Below are positions 25,469 to 51,257 of a stretch of 64,000 nt of DNA, piece after piece (the stretch's first letter is position 1; the number at the start of each line of letters is the position of its first letter). The notes below the pieces were generated by a model. That model saw only the letters and a program-made list of their open reading frames with translations. It made no database searches and was not told the DNA's origin. The position numbers and the translations under genes are program-made. The DNA comes from Macrostomum lignano (lineage: Eukaryota), in the NCBI GenBank assembly GCA_002269645.1, contig NIVC01003361.1, positions 1 to 64,000 of the forward strand. Reading direction: 5' to 3'.

Positions 25469-26920
25469 ATGCCGCTCTTCGACGAGCAAGTTTCCAACAG
25501 CTCTCAGCTGGAGGAAGTTGTGAGCTCAGGGGGAGGCGCCGGTCCGCGCTTCTCCCCCGTGATTCGTTTCTTCGGGATCGTCTACTTCCCGGTCCTCATC
25601 GTTGTCGGCGTCGCCTCCAACACGGTCGTCGTCGCTGTGATGCGTCGAGCTTCGGGCGTCTCAAAATCTCGTGACGTCTTCACGGCGCTTGCGGTCGCCG
25701 ACCTCAGCGTTCTGCTGGTCAACCCGGTGCGCTACTTCATCGCGCTGGCCACAGGCTTTGACATCCGACTGCACAGCGACTTTGTCTGCACCCTGCACAC
25801 CTTCCTGACCTACTTCCTGAAGGAGGCGGCCACCTGGATCCTGGTCCTGATGACCATGGAGCGCTTCCTGTTTGCTCGTTGGCCGCACCATTCGAACTTG
25901 CACTATCGAAGGCGACCAAAGATTTTGACCTGGACTGTCGCTCTGGCAATTCTTTTCGCCAAAAACTTGATAATATTTCTCAAGTTGCGCGTTGACAAGG
26001 ACAAGTGCGACTCGCCAGACAGCCAGTTTCGTTTGGCATTCTTCATCACGACACTGGTGCTGTACAGCCTGGTGCCCTTCATCCTCATGGCGGTGTTCAA
26101 CGCCACACTTATTCGCATTATTCGAAGGGCGAATCAGCGTCGAGAGCTGATGCTCACGGAGGACGCCAGAGAGGCAAAGCGGCTTGAAGGCCGCAGCAGC
26201 GGCAGCAGCAGCACGGCAAACAAAATGCTGGTTCCCGTGTGCCTGCTGCACATCTTCCTCACCATGCCGCAGTGCATCTTCGAAATTTTTGACGCAGTGT
26301 TCGACTTGAAGAATCAAGCCAACATCCGGCGGCAAGTCGGCACCGCGGGAATGACACTCGTCATGGTATCAGTGTTGAACAATGCAATCAACGGCTTCGT
26401 GTACTTCTTCAGCTCCAAGAACTTTCGGCGCAATGTTTGCCTGCTGTTAAGACGCGCCGGCGTCGGTGGTGCCCACAGAGCCGCCGGAGCAGCTGGCGGT
26501 GGCGTCAGCGGCGTCAGGAACTGGCGGGCAGTGCAGGACGGCAGTCACCAGGCCGCTGATCAGTCGCCAAGTCCCAGCCGAATTAGCCGGACCAACTGCT
26601 GCGACTGCGACGACATCGTCTGCAGCGAGATCAACAGCTATGCGGCGGCCGCGCATGCTGCGGCTCTGGTGACGACTGAGTACAGCTCCAGTCGTTACCT
26701 AGCTGTGGCTTCAGGCCCCAGAAAGCAGCCGAAACAGTGTTCGCAGCATCGGCAGGGAAATCATCAGGCAACAGCATTCGTAGACTCTGCTGATGTCACA
26801 CCGACAGAGACTGAAGCCGATCCAACACAGCTGTCTGCATCAGCAATCGTAGGAGCGGATGAAGCGCCGGCAAATCGAGTTTATCTAATCGTGTCGGGAG
26901 AAAAAATCAGTCATCTGTGA
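25469..26920 (+). CDS. Intronless class A GPCR, FMRFamide/peptide-receptor-like, long C-terminal tail (483 aa from ATG 25469; ORF open from 25424)
   Basis: TM1 GVASN, TM2 LAVADL, TM3 C...MTMERF, TM5 VPF, TM6 TMPQ, TM7 NNAINGFVY followed by SSKNFR. The second ATG directly precedes an NSS-containing N-terminus. Confidence 0.88.
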   Translation: MPLFDEQVSNSSQLEEVVSSGGGAGPRFSPVIRFFGIVYFPVLIVVGVASNTVVVAVMRRASGVSKSRDVFTALAVADLSVLLVNPVRYFIALATGFDIRLHSDFVCTLHTFLTYFLKEAATWILVLMTMERFLFARWPHHSNLHYRRRPKILTWTVALAILFAKNLIIFLKLRVDKDKCDSPDSQFRLAFFITTLVLYSLVPFILMAVFNATLIRIIRRANQRRELMLTEDAREAKRLEGRSSGSSSTANKMLVPVCLLHIFLTMPQCIFEIFDAVFDLKNQANIRRQVGTAGMTLVMVSVLNNAINGFVYFFSSKNFRRNVCLLLRRAGVGGAHRAAGAAGGGVSGVRNWRAVQDGSHQAADQSPSPSRISRTNCCDCDDIVCSEINSYAAAAHAAALVTTEYSSSRYLAVASGPRKQPKQCSQHRQGNHQATAFVDSADVTPTETEADPTQLSASAIVGADEAPANRVYLIVSGEKISHL

Positions 26921-27786
26921 CGACGAAAACTTATGGATAATGTTTTTTCTGACTGTAAACAACTATGCTCTCATGCTGCTACTCGTATAAACTTTTCTGT
27001 CAAAAAAGAGCTGTTTCAATAATTAGTTGCTCCCGCGATGCTAACGATAAGCATGGAATGAATCTCTGATAAAACCCAACTGACAACAGTTTTTTAAACA
27101 ATTACTGCATATTTACTTCACTGTCTAATACGAGCGCGTAAATAGGTTTCTGCAGATTTGGTAAAGTCACGATCATAGCGTCATGTTTCTGATTTATAAG
27201 CTTGTGGATGGAGACAAGCACAGCAAGTCTGCGGTCTTCAAATACACGCGTCAAGCAGGTAATGAGTACTAAACGTGCTGATGTTGAGCGGCACTGCGTC
27301 TCTTTTTCTGCCTTAGTTGATTCAACCCTGACCTGCATCCTGCATGCTGGAGAAGCTTAATTAACCACACAAGGCGCTCTTCAAAAGTCTCTACCAATTC
27401 TACCATCAATCAAAAGTTTGTGTGAAACATGAGAATGCCGAGTTCTGGTCTTTTAATCTACTCACTTTTCAGAGCTCCGAGTTGCACTTATGCATAATAT
27501 GGTGGAACATTTATTACGCTCGTCATAAAGGATTTCCAGGTCCCACCGGAACTACTCGGCAGGCAGACTGACTCTGCCAGTAAAGGTCAAACGTGTTACG
27601 TCTTGCCACCTCATATCTGACTGACGCCCCCTGCTTTTTCAAATGATGCATATGCCGCGCAGCCAAGTTGCAGTTGTAGATTTTTTATTCCAAGAGAAGC
27701 AGGACAGGACAAAAATTTCTCTTCACAAACTACCATAGCCGAATTTTGAAAAGCTATTAGCCTGACTAATCGTACAGGCAAATTTC

Positions 27787-28620
27787 GAAATGCACTAGCT
27801 AGTATGGTAGCAGATGCACAGTAAATTATAGCACTAGGACCTACCAGAACTGACTTTATCAGGAAATGCACTAGCTAGTATGGTAGCAGATGCATAGTAA
27901 AATATAGCACTAGGACCTACCAGAACTGACTTTATCAGGAAATGCACTAGCTAGTATGGTAGCAGATGCACAGTAAATTATAGCACTAGGACCTACCAGA
28001 AGACTTTATCAGGAAATGCACTAGCTAGTATGGTAGCAGATGCACAGTAAATTATAGCACTAGGACCTACCAGAACTGACTTTATCAGGAAATGCACTAG
28101 CTAGTATGGTAGCAGATGCACAGTAAATTATAGCACTAGGACCTACCAGAACTGACTTTATCAGGAAATGCACTAGCTAGTATGGTAGCAGATGCACAGT
28201 AAATTATAGCACTAGGACCTACCAGAACTGACTTTATCAGGAAATGCACTAGCTAGTATGGTAGCAGATGCACAGTAAATTATAGCACTAGGACCTACCA
28301 GAACTGACTTTATCAGGAAATGCACTAGCTAGTATGGTAGCAGATGCATAGTAAAATATAGCACTAGGACCTACCAGAACTGACTTTATCAGGAAATGCA
28401 CTAGCTAGTATGGTAGCAGATGCATAGTAAAATATAGCACTAGGACCTACCAGAACTGACTTTATCAGGAAATGCACTAGCTAGTATGGTAGCAGATGCA
28501 TAGAAAAATATAGCACTAGGACCTACCAGAACTGACTTTATCAGGAAATGCACTAGCTAGTATGGTAGCAGATACACAGTAAATCATAGCACTAGGACCT
28601 ACCAGAACTGACTTTATCAG
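27787..28620. repeat. 76-nt tandem repeat, 11 near-identical copies
   Basis: Unit GAAATGCACTAGCTAGTATGGTAGCAGATGCACAGTAAATTATAGCACTAGGACCTACCAGAACTGACTTTATCAG; period checked at 27787/27863/27939; one copy has a 2-nt deletion. Confidence 0.97.
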
Positions 28621-29339
28621 GCTTCAAGAGTTCGCTGCCATAAAAGACAAGAAGCATTTCCGTAAAAAAATGCGCAACGCGACACACCTCACACTTCATA
28701 TTCATATCTTTGGGCTGCAGCAGTTGCTGGTTACAGATGGAGCGAATACTTCCGTGAATTTTCTGTCAATAGTCCATTTCTTCAAATGCTGATGTTGTTA
28801 GGACTAAAAAAATTGTGTAAGTACGCACTTATGCTGTGCGTTAGGAAACTGATACATACAGAAACCGCTCGGATTCTTCCACAGCTGGCGGCAAAGGCCT
28901 CAGAGCACAGATGGCTTTCGAAAAAATCAAGAAAGTAACTAGTAATAAAATTTATATCCACTGGAAAGAAGGAGAAACTGAAAGCCAAAGGCCCTGCTTC
29001 ATTAGCTGCCATAATCCCAGCAACCAGGGGGATCTTAATCCCACGGGCTTTATAGCTCCCAGTTTGGAGGATAAAACTCCAGAGTATAAGGTCAAAAGAA
29101 TTTTAAATGCCTTTCTCGCTAAATATATTAGAAAATCTGATTGCATATCAAGAGGGAATATATGCCAAGCCAAATGGACTTAAATATGTAGCTTTCAAAT
29201 TTTTCATTAAAAATACCACCGCATTCCAGTAGAGTGCATTGCGAAAGCAAAGTTTTACCAATCAGAATAAGAATTTTTTTTTAATTTTTTAGACATTTTA
29301 TTGCTCATGAAACTTAACAGGTTCAATAACTAAATACGA

Positions 29340-29615
<276 letters not shown>

Positions 29616-31812
29616 ACACACAGTAGCCCTCAGAGGCAAAGGCAGAAGGCAATCTGTCCTCAATAGTGTTTTTCAGCGCTATTTTCCTCCAGCAGCCTCT
29701 CCTTGTCGTTCTTAACCTTTCCAGCGGCGTCTCAGTAACAACGGCTGCCCCAAGGACCAGAAGGCATCATCATCAAAACAGGAGGCTTGCAACAAATCTC
29801 TGTTGCAGCCAAGTGCCTGTCACTCTCATCAGATTGGCCCAATGTAGCCAGACCGATGACTATCTGCTCAATGCAAGCGGGGAGGCAGAAAATTCGTGAT
29901 AGAATTGAAAGCTGACGCCCTGTCTGATCTCACCTCACCTGAATTTCGTCAGCTCTTTTTGGACAAAATTACCACTCTACCAATGCGATACATGCGATCC
30001 AGTGGTTTCAATCAGCATCCCAGCTGCTGCACTTTCTCTCTGCTGCGGTCAAAGACAAGCTAATATTCAGGAAGCTGTTGGAGATCAATGGTTTATCCAA
30101 AAAACAGTTGAGATTAGTTCGGATCGACTCGGCCGCCCGATCTGTATGTCTCACGATTTTGAAAAGGACTTCGCCAATTGAAATTCCGAGCATAAAATAT
30201 CTTAATCAGCTCGCGCTGCGGCGCGCCATCTGACGAACTCTGGCCCGCATGATTTTGCTTTCCTGGGTTTTTGTCTTTTGTTGTTTTTTTTGTTATTTCG
30301 GTAGCACGACAATTGCCTGCGCACAACTGCCTGCAGCGACAGCTGACTGTGAAGACAACTGACTGCTAGCTGAGCTTGTTCAACAACTCAGAGCGCAACA
30401 TCATAGTTAGCTCGTAATAATAGTATTATTAGTAAAGTAATTAGAAGAAAATATGAAATACCAAGCAGAGAAAAAAAACAGGTTTAGTGTAATTAATTCA
30501 AAGTATGCTAATATATATATATATATATTACAGGCAGTTGTCGCACAGGCAGTTGTCGTAGAACCGTTATCTCATTAAAAGTCAAGTCTTATCCAATAGA
30601 AAGCATCTGTAAGCTTAGCTTTCACACACGCCAAGAGGCCAACAAGAAAAAAACTCTTCCTAACGCACTCACTACCTCTTACCCACTTTGACAAGACCTT
30701 GACACTTAATAATTATACCCTTAACACTTTTCTTGCTACTGTACATTAGAATTTCTGGGACATGCGTTGAATGGAAACAGTTAAAGTTTGCAAATCAATG
30801 GTCCTTGTTAGGGACGCCCGCTTGACTGTAAGTGATAAAGAAAGCTGGTTCTTAAGCGTGTTGACTACTGCCTCGACTACATGTATAATAAGTAAAAGTG
30901 CCACAGCTGCATGAACCCCACTGCGGTTCTTCATCATCTTCTCTACATACTGATGCGCCTTCGAGCCTAATACAAGCATCTGCGCATCTTCGGTGCAAGA
31001 AGCCACGTCGTTTGCTTGACACGTTGAACTTACACCAATCGGGAAAAAAAACTGTGGGTCAAGGCTAAGACAGGTACCCAGCAGTGCATTTTCCCAGAAA
31101 TCAAAAAAGGAATTCATAATAAAGTGACGAAAAGAAACAGGACCAATGTATAACAGCAAAGTTCGATAATGCTTTGGTAGTAATGTTGAAAAACTAGCTC
31201 CTACATTATAGAAACTACATATTGCAGTGACGAAATGCATGTTACAGTCAAGCACGACATCAGTAGCGACAATATGAACAGTGAAATTGCGACTATATCG
31301 CTAAATATAGCTGCCATTAATCTCTTCACCTATCATTAGTATCCAACAAGTGACAGCCTGGCAGCAGCCCAGTCGCATCTGTCTCCTCGGCCGTCAAAGG
31401 TCCTCCGCAGGTTTCTCGGCTACTTTCCTAATTAAGTCCCTTTAGTCCGCGGTAACTTCCTTAGCCTACAGTGCGCACCATAGCAATAAATCATTCCTCC
31501 TTTTCTGCTAGCAATCAACTCTAGGAGTGACTCCCCCGCAATGGTCGCCATGACAACTCCCGAAATTGGCTAGCTGGGTCGTCTAATGCGGGAAAGAAAT
31601 ATGGTCAAGCATACAGCTGAAATTGCAATCGCTTCGAGTCTACAAGCAAGCCAAATGAATAGCAGAACGAATTTAATCAGTCGCTTTTGCAAGCTAAAAA
31701 AATCTTCGATTTCGTACGCCAGACACATCACTGTACGCCAGACCATGCCGAAGGACTGGAAATAAAAGACTTCGAATCCAACAACAACTAGAACTAGTTC
31801 AGTTCACTGCTG

Positions 31813-31986
31813 TCACGACTTTCCTAGTCATTTCTTTAGTTCACCTTCACTTGTCTCTGTTTACTCTGTTTTCTCTCTCTTTCTGTCTAGCTCAATCTTG
31901 TTATTCTTATCTCTCTCTCTCCCTTGCTGCCTTCTGATTGGCTCTCCATTCTCGCCTCTCTCTTTAGTCGCGCACTCCACCCCTCC
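31813..31986. repeat. Dispersed repeat, inverted copy of 671-842
   Basis: Reverse-complement similarity to 671-842. Confidence 0.65.
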
Positions 31987-32214
31987 TTTTATTATTCTGG
32001 ATTCAACCCCCCTAAGTTAATGTCTGATATAAATATACTATACGGGTTTGGGCCCTGCACCCCACGCTCTTTTGTCGCTTTAATTTAACTCTAATTTAAA
32101 CAGAATTTATAGTCAATTTTCTTTACAACTGTTTGTTGAATATTTCATTTCTCTACGATTGCCTCGTCAGAAATGCACGGCAAAATATAGTGGAGAGTAT
32201 GTTAAAAAGATATA

Positions 32215-32414
32215 GGGCCATATGCAGAAATCTTAGTCCAGACTAGCTAGTCCGGACTTGGGTAATTCAGTCTATGGTCTATGGTCTATGGTCTAGCTAC
32301 CCTAGTTCTGTCTATAGTAGACCGGTCTAACTTTGCGTTTCTGCATACCAAATCCAAGTCCAGACTAGCTTTTCAAGACCGGACTACCCTAGACAGAGCT
32401 CTCTGCTACGGCCC
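32215..32414. mobile_element. Possible PIF/Harbinger-like MITE (200 bp)
   Basis: Imperfect TIRs GGGCCATATGCAGA / GGGCCGTAGCAGA (reverse complement of the right end); 3-bp ATA on both sides; internal GTCCAGACTAGC direct repeat. Single copy seen. Confidence 0.45.
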
Positions 32415-35400
32415 ATAGTGTGATAAAAAATGACATAGCTACCCCAGAACTCCTTACTTAGCGTCTTGGGATGGATGGCTTAAAGATGAATGATAGGTCT
32501 GTTAAATGGTCAAACGTCGGAGTCAGCTTTGGCTAAAGGAACAAATTGTGCAGTTTGTTGACTTTGTTAAGTAAAATATTTTTAATAACAGCTTCCGATA
32601 AACATTAGAGCGTGTGTAATATTTATTTACTTTTTTAATACACAAAATAGAAAATATTGCTTCCGATGAGCGTTATTATAATCGCTTTATGATAGAATAC
32701 ACTTACAAGTATTGCTCTTCTGGTTACAAAAATAAATGTTGACAGTTGCACTATCAAAAAGATACCTCTGAGCGGCGACAAGAGGGCGAGTTACGGGGGG
32801 AGATAGGGGAGGGTGATGAGAAAGAGAAGGGACAGTGTGCCATGCTGAGATTCACTAGGTAAAATGACTAAAGTCGATATCGACGATTTTAAACGAGCAA
32901 AATGAGATTCAACGATTTGCTACTCTGGAACTTTATGACTTTGAAACAACAACTGACAGACTTTTGTACTCTGAAACACTTTAGAACAACAATTTAGGAT
33001 ATTTTTTGTTTTCTAGACGCCCCCCCCCCCTCATCAACAGCTCTAGCGATAGACAGGTGCACGGACAGGTATAGTTAACGGATGAGCAACTCCGAGTGCA
33101 GCGTCAACTGTTGGTTTTCGTGACTCGCAAAAGAAATGCGACCATGGAAAGAAAGAGAACACTCAAAACAAGACAACAGAGCGCTGCTAAGGAGCGGAGA
33201 GTCACGTGAAGAGAGAGCGAGGGGAGCGAGGCTAACTGGATTGTTGATGGAACACCCGACGCTTACAAAGAATCTAGCTATTTGATAACTCGCTCCGAAA
33301 TTTCACGGCCGAGCGAGTCACAGGCGGCTGCTCACGGTCACAGTGGCTGGGAGGCACCAGTAATTATTGAATTTTTTGTTGCTAAGCTCATCTTCACTTT
33401 GCCAGTCATCAAAGTCAGGAAAATATTCTTTTTGAGGCGAATTAGGCGAGTTAGTCAGTTTTTGTTGCTGCTGCTGCTGATAATGATGGAGCTCGTTCGG
33501 TTGAAAAGGAGTCTGCATGCGGGTCATTTGAAGGCCAAGGAACAGCGCTGCGACACCGCCGTATGGCGTCGCTACACCGTAGCATCTAAATGGCAGGAAT
33601 GGGCAGATTAACGCTTGTTTGTCAAGTTATTCTGAGGTGAAAATACTAGCCTGAGTCAAAAGTTCCAAGTCCTCTAACACATCCCAGTCTGCCTGATGTC
33701 CCTTTGACTCTTTCCTCCTTTAATCTCTTCTCCACTTTATCTCTTCTCGAAAATCGCTTCACCTTAATTGCTATCCTGTCTCTCCCTTGTTCCTAATCTA
33801 TACATGTACCCAGCTATGCCTCTGATTCTCTTCCGCATATTATGCCTCCGTCTGGTTGCTTTTCTATTTCGATCCTGCATGTATCGAAGGCACGAGCAAA
33901 CCTGATGGCATCAAGAAATATGGTTTAACGCGACATAAGAGTATTAAAAAATGTATCTGATTCTGGAAAGTCATGCAAAACGGCCCAGCAGCTACGAGCT
34001 AGCTAAAATAGAAGCCACAGATCAAGGATTGCTGTCAGTGATTTGCATGAGAGCGGCAACAGTCAGCACATCTGACACACACATGTTAATAACCATAAAT
34101 AATGAATTTATTGCCAAAGGCTTTTCAAAGGGGTACTATAGTTAGGGCCGAGGATTTTTCGACAACATGCATTTTGATGAGGTTAATTTTAATTGTGCGC
34201 CATCAAGCCGCAACCAAGACAATCCGAATAAATCTGGTTGTTATCACGGGTGCGATTTGTTATAATTGAAGGGCAATTAGTGTAAGCTAAGCTTTTATTC
34301 CCAAAAATCAGTATCCATTTGAATCCTAGCCAAAATTTTCTCCTAATATGACCACATTTTTTGTTAAAAAATTACGTCATGACAACAAATTTATAAAAAT
34401 ATGCGACAGACACGCCGCAATCGAGCTCGTAAATGTAGTGACAAGACAGGAAAAAAACTCCAAATTATGTTTGCCTGACCTGCAAGCTCGAGCACCTCAA
34501 GTTCTCGGAGACCAAGAAGCCATCTGATAGTTGATGGATAGAAATTTGAATAGAAAAGTTGGCAAAATTGTTGAAATAAATTTAAGTACTACAAATTATA
34601 TGCATAGTAGCTACACTGATCATAACGTTTGAAACGAAGCAAAAGCGACAGCTTAGGGCGGCGACTCCAACATTAAGCTTTGTTATACTGTTGAGATTTC
34701 GAGCCAAGATGAGTAACGCACAAGAAAAATTCTCTACTTATTCCTTCATTACCTTAGAATCAGTTTTCAACACTGCAAAATAACGATAAGTATATTTACC
34801 GGTATTTTTTTGTTTTAACGAATGAAGTATTTTTTAAACTGTAGAAAAAGCCGAAATAATTTTTTTTAAAACTACGGAATGCCTAAAACTGAGGACTCTG
34901 AATAACGCTAGCACCTAATTGGGTTTTCAATATGTGCAGATTTTTATAAAAGCTTCTGGCGCCCGTACATGTACTTTTGATGCAAAGATTAAATAGAAAC
35001 AATTTTCCGCTAATCGTTTTGGTATAACTATTTGATGAAAGCCACACCTAGAGTATGCTGATCTGATGTAACTAATTGTATAATGCTGCGTACTCTCTTA
35101 GGTATGTACCTGACAATGAAGTCTTGTGAATCACACATTCATAACGACAGTTAATCTGAGCCTGAAGAGCAACAATATAGCTTTGCATGTTTTGCTTGAT
35201 AAACAGTTGTGTTTCGAAGAATTTATCATCATCGCTATAGTGAAAATTATATATTCAGCAAAGCACTCAAGTGAGCTTACTTTGGCACAGCTTTGGTCTC
35301 AGCAGCTGCGGCAATGGGTGATGGCGGCAGCTTCTCCATGGCGATGGAACTGCAATAAACAAAAAAAATTAGTCGCTTGTTATAAACAAACCAATAAAAT

Positions 35401-35819
35401 TTTAGTATTTCTTTTACTTTAGAGCAAATTATCAAACGGTGAAAATAAGTTCATTATTTTAGTTATTAATGTTAAAACGCAGACAACTATGAAAGGTATT
35501 CTTAAGTGCTGAAAAGTTTAACGTTAAAATTACGGGTGCATGTAAGAGAATCAATGTTAAAATTATGCGTTGCGTGAGGCAGTCTAGAAATAAAATTTTA
35601 TGCTAGTGTTATAGCTAGGCATTCATTAGAGTTATAACTAAAAATATTAACAAAGTCGTGTTCTACGAAACATTATTTTAACAAATACTCACTGAAACTA
35701 AACAAATGAAAGTCAAATATTGCAAGAAGAATTGCAGACATGCGCGGTCGGAAGAACGCGACAACTTTTTAACTTTAATTTTATTAATACTGCTGTGACA
35801 TCCTTGAGTTCCTAAGAAA

Positions 35820-47953
<12,134 letters not shown>

Positions 47954-48760
47954 CCTGCAAGGAGCTCCTGAAGTCTCCACCGCGGCACCAAATCTCGAGC
48001 TGTGGTTTTCAGAGGCAGGACCGAAGAAGTTGGAAGTGACTCACTTATTATTGCAGCACCGGAATGATGGGCGTTGTTTCTGCGTATTAAAATGCAAATT
48101 AGGAAGGCGAAATATTAATATCATTGCACGGCGTGATGACAAATATCACAGAATATTGCAGAAGGTTTATAACCCCTGTCTCTTCTTTTGATTCCTTCGA
48201 GCAATTGCTCAAGGGTGGTCGGGGGGGGAGGGCGTTCTCAGACTCTTACAGTCCGGCAAACTCGTTCAACTCACGCACCCGTTTCTATTCTTCTTTTTCT
48301 CTGTCTGTCCGAGCGAGTCTCCGCTGTTGCCCCGCCTTATTTGGTGTGGGGCTTTAAGTAAGCCTGGCGATGCACTTAAAGAACTGCAATACACGCAGTA
48401 ATGCGTGCGATATGGACAGGGCGATGGAGGGCGTCTGGATGAGAGTTTGCTTGGTCTCACTTCTGTCCACTTCAGTTCTGAGGCTGCCGTTTCTCTTTTC
48501 AAATTTATTGCTGCTTGCTGTCTCTATATCTCTGTCTCTCGCTCTCTTCTAAAAGCAGATTCTGTTTAAACAGGCCCTATGAGCTGCGGCAGGGCAGGCC
48601 AACAGCTGTAGAATAATCTTTTTATCCCTGACTGATGTAGCCCTAGCAACAATGAGAGAAACAATCGCAGGTCCAGCAGCAAATCGCGGATACGGGGCAG
48701 CGATTGGATCAGCGGGCGCTGTTTACAATTCCTATTATGGGGTACTGAGATTTCAGAGGT

Positions 48761-48762
<2 letters not shown>

Positions 48763-48832
<70 letters not shown>
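48763..48832. repeat. (GA)n microsatellite
   Basis: Direct inspection. Confidence 0.95.
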
Positions 48833-48836
<4 letters not shown>

Positions 48837-49104
48837 TCTTGCCAATAGAGCTCAGCAATGAAAAAGGCTGCACACCACAAAGCTTGTGTGTTGATCGCCC
48901 AGATATCCTATAGCTAATACCAAATCCCAATCCTGGGATCCTCAGGAGGTGGAGTGAGTTGCGGCTAAATCTCTGGGATCTTCGCCCAATAGCGTGCGAA
49001 TTGGGGATTTCTTCATGGGAACAGAAAATTCTCCCCTGTCACCCCTGTCTGGGCCTGCGTCCATGATCAGCCTGACTCGATGCATGTATTAGCTAGCAGT
49101 TTTG

Positions 49105-49960
49105 TCTGGGGTGGCGCCAGAATCAACCCCTACAGTATGGGATGGCGCCAGAATCAACCCCTACAGTATGGGATGGCGCCAGAATCAACCCCTACAGTAT
49201 GGGATGGCGCCAGAATCAACCCCTACAGTATGGGATGGCGCCAGAATCAACCACTAAAGTATAGGATGGCGCCAGAATCAACCCCTATAGTATGGGATGG
49301 CGCCAGAATCAACCACTAAAGTATAGGATGGCGCCAGAATCAACCCCTATAGTATGGGATGGCGCCAGAATCAACCCCTACAGTATGGGATGGCGCCAGA
49401 ATCAACCCTTACAGTCTGGGGTGGCGCCAGAATCAGACTACAGTCTAGGGTGGCGCCAGAATCAGACCCTACAGTCTGAAGTGGCACCAGAAACAATCCC
49501 TACAGTATGGGGTGGCGCCAAAATCAACCCCTACAGTATGGGGTGGCGCCAGAATCAACCCTACAGTCTGGGGTGGCGCCAGAATCAGACCCTACAGTCT
49601 GAAGTGGCACCGGAATCAATCCCTACAGTCTTGGGTGGCGCCAGAATCAAGCCCCAGAGTCTAGGGTGGCGCCAGAATCAAGCCCCAGAGTCCAGGGTGG
49701 CGCCAGAATCAAGCCCCAGAGTCTAGGGTGGCGCCAGAATCAAGCCCCAGAGTCTAGGGTGGCGCCAGAATTAGACCATACAGTCTAGGGTGGCGCCAGA
49801 ATCAGACCATACAGTCTGGGATGGCGCCAGAATCAGACCCTACAGTCTAGGGTGGCGCCAGAATCAGACCCTACCGTCTGGGGTGGCGCCAGAATCAGAC
49901 CCTACAATCTGGTGTGGCGCCAGAATCAGACCCTAGTCTGGGGTAGCGCCAGAATCAAAC
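49105..49960. repeat. 31-nt minisatellite (GGGATGGCGCCAGAATCAACCCCTACAGTAT)n
   Basis: Period checked at 49141/49172; variants change progressively along the array. Confidence 0.95.
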
Positions 49961-50444
49961 CAAATTTTCAAACTGAACGACAAAAGTAAAGACTGAGATG
50001 CCATTGCCCCGTCATAGCTGAGTGAGCTATTCATATGCATTGTAAGCCAATAGCTATTTTACGACTAGCATCGCAAGCAGAGGACCCGATGGTCATCGTT
50101 ATGCAAGCCTAATCCTATCTTGCATTAATCTCGATCTGCGCGCTACGCACACTGCAGTGGTGCGGAGGGGTGTGTGGGAGTGGGTGGATGCCGCACTGAT
50201 GTAAGTCAATACACCGCCTATTAAGTCAATCAAAAGCGAAAGTCAGGCGAATATGGGTGCGCATTAGCAACACTAATAAGTGGGAAAATATTACATAGAA
50301 AGATTTGACGTAGAAAACGTTTGCGGGTGATATGAGCAAGCGCGCGCATTTGCACATGCACGCAGTGCGCAAGACACAAGAGCGCGAATATGTGCTCAAA
50401 GTAAATTCGGCATAGGGAGCAGAGCAGCCCAGCGGTAAGATTGG

Positions 50445-51238
50445 GTAGAGTGGGAGGTGGGTACAGTGGGAGGTAGGGTAGATTGGGAGGTGAAGTACAG
50501 TGGGAGGTGGGGTAGAGTGGGAGGTGGGGTAGAGTGGGAGGTGGGGTACAGTGGGAGGTGGGGTAGAGTGGGAGGTGGGGTAGAGTGGGAGGTGGGGTAG
50601 AGTGGGAGGTGGGGTAGAGTGGGAGGTGGGGTAGAGTGGGAGGTGGGGTAGAGTGGGAGGTGGGGTAGAGTGGGAGGTGGGGTACAGTGGGAGGTGGGGT
50701 AGAGTGGGAGGTGGGGTACAGTGGGAGGTGGGGTAGAGTGGGAGGTGGGGTACAGTGGGAGGTAGGGTAGAGTGGGAGGTGGGGTAGAGTGGGAGGTAGG
50801 GTAGAGTGGGAGGTGGGGTAGAGTGGGAGGTAGGGTAGAGTGGGAGGTGGGGGGTAGAGTGGGAGGTGGGGTAGAGTGGGAGGTGTGGTACAGTGGGAGG
50901 TGGGGGTAGAGTGGGAGGTGGGGTACAGTGGGAGGTGGGGTAGAGTGGGAGGTGGGGTATAGTGGTAGGTGGGGTAGAGTGGGAGGTGGGGTACAGTGGG
51001 AGGTGGGGTACAGTGGGAGGTGGGGTACAGTGCGAGGTGGGGTAGAGTGAGAGGTGGGGTAGAGTGGGAGGTGGGGTAGAGTGGGAGGTGGGGTAGAGTG
51101 GGAGGTGGGGTAGAGTGGGAGGTGGGGTACAGTGGGAGGTGGGGTAGAGTGGGAGGTAGGGTAGAGTGGGAGGTGGGGTAGAGTGGGAGGTAGGGTAGAG
51201 TGGGAGGTGGGGTAGAGTGGGAGGTTAGAGTGGGATGT
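50445..51238. repeat. 17-nt G-rich minisatellite (GTGGGAGGTGGGGTAGA)n
   Basis: About 46 units. Confidence 0.96.
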
Positions 51239-51257
51239 GAACTGCCTAGGTGTTAGA

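Noticed and set aside
27787-28620. CRISPR-like regular repeat (76-nt)
   Set aside because: Units are contiguous and near-identical with no unique spacers; no cas genes; eukaryotic context.
30746-31255. 169-aa minus-strand ORF with faint resemblance to a DDE transposase C-terminus (IHVVEAVVNTLKN)
   Set aside because: No recognisable catalytic triad, TIRs or TSD; the similarity is too weak to call.
32769-32800. Short similarity (GAGCGG...CGACAAG.GGGCG.GTTAC) to the end of the 2.2-kb LTR
   Set aside because: About 25 nt with gaps; no TSD or further homology seen.
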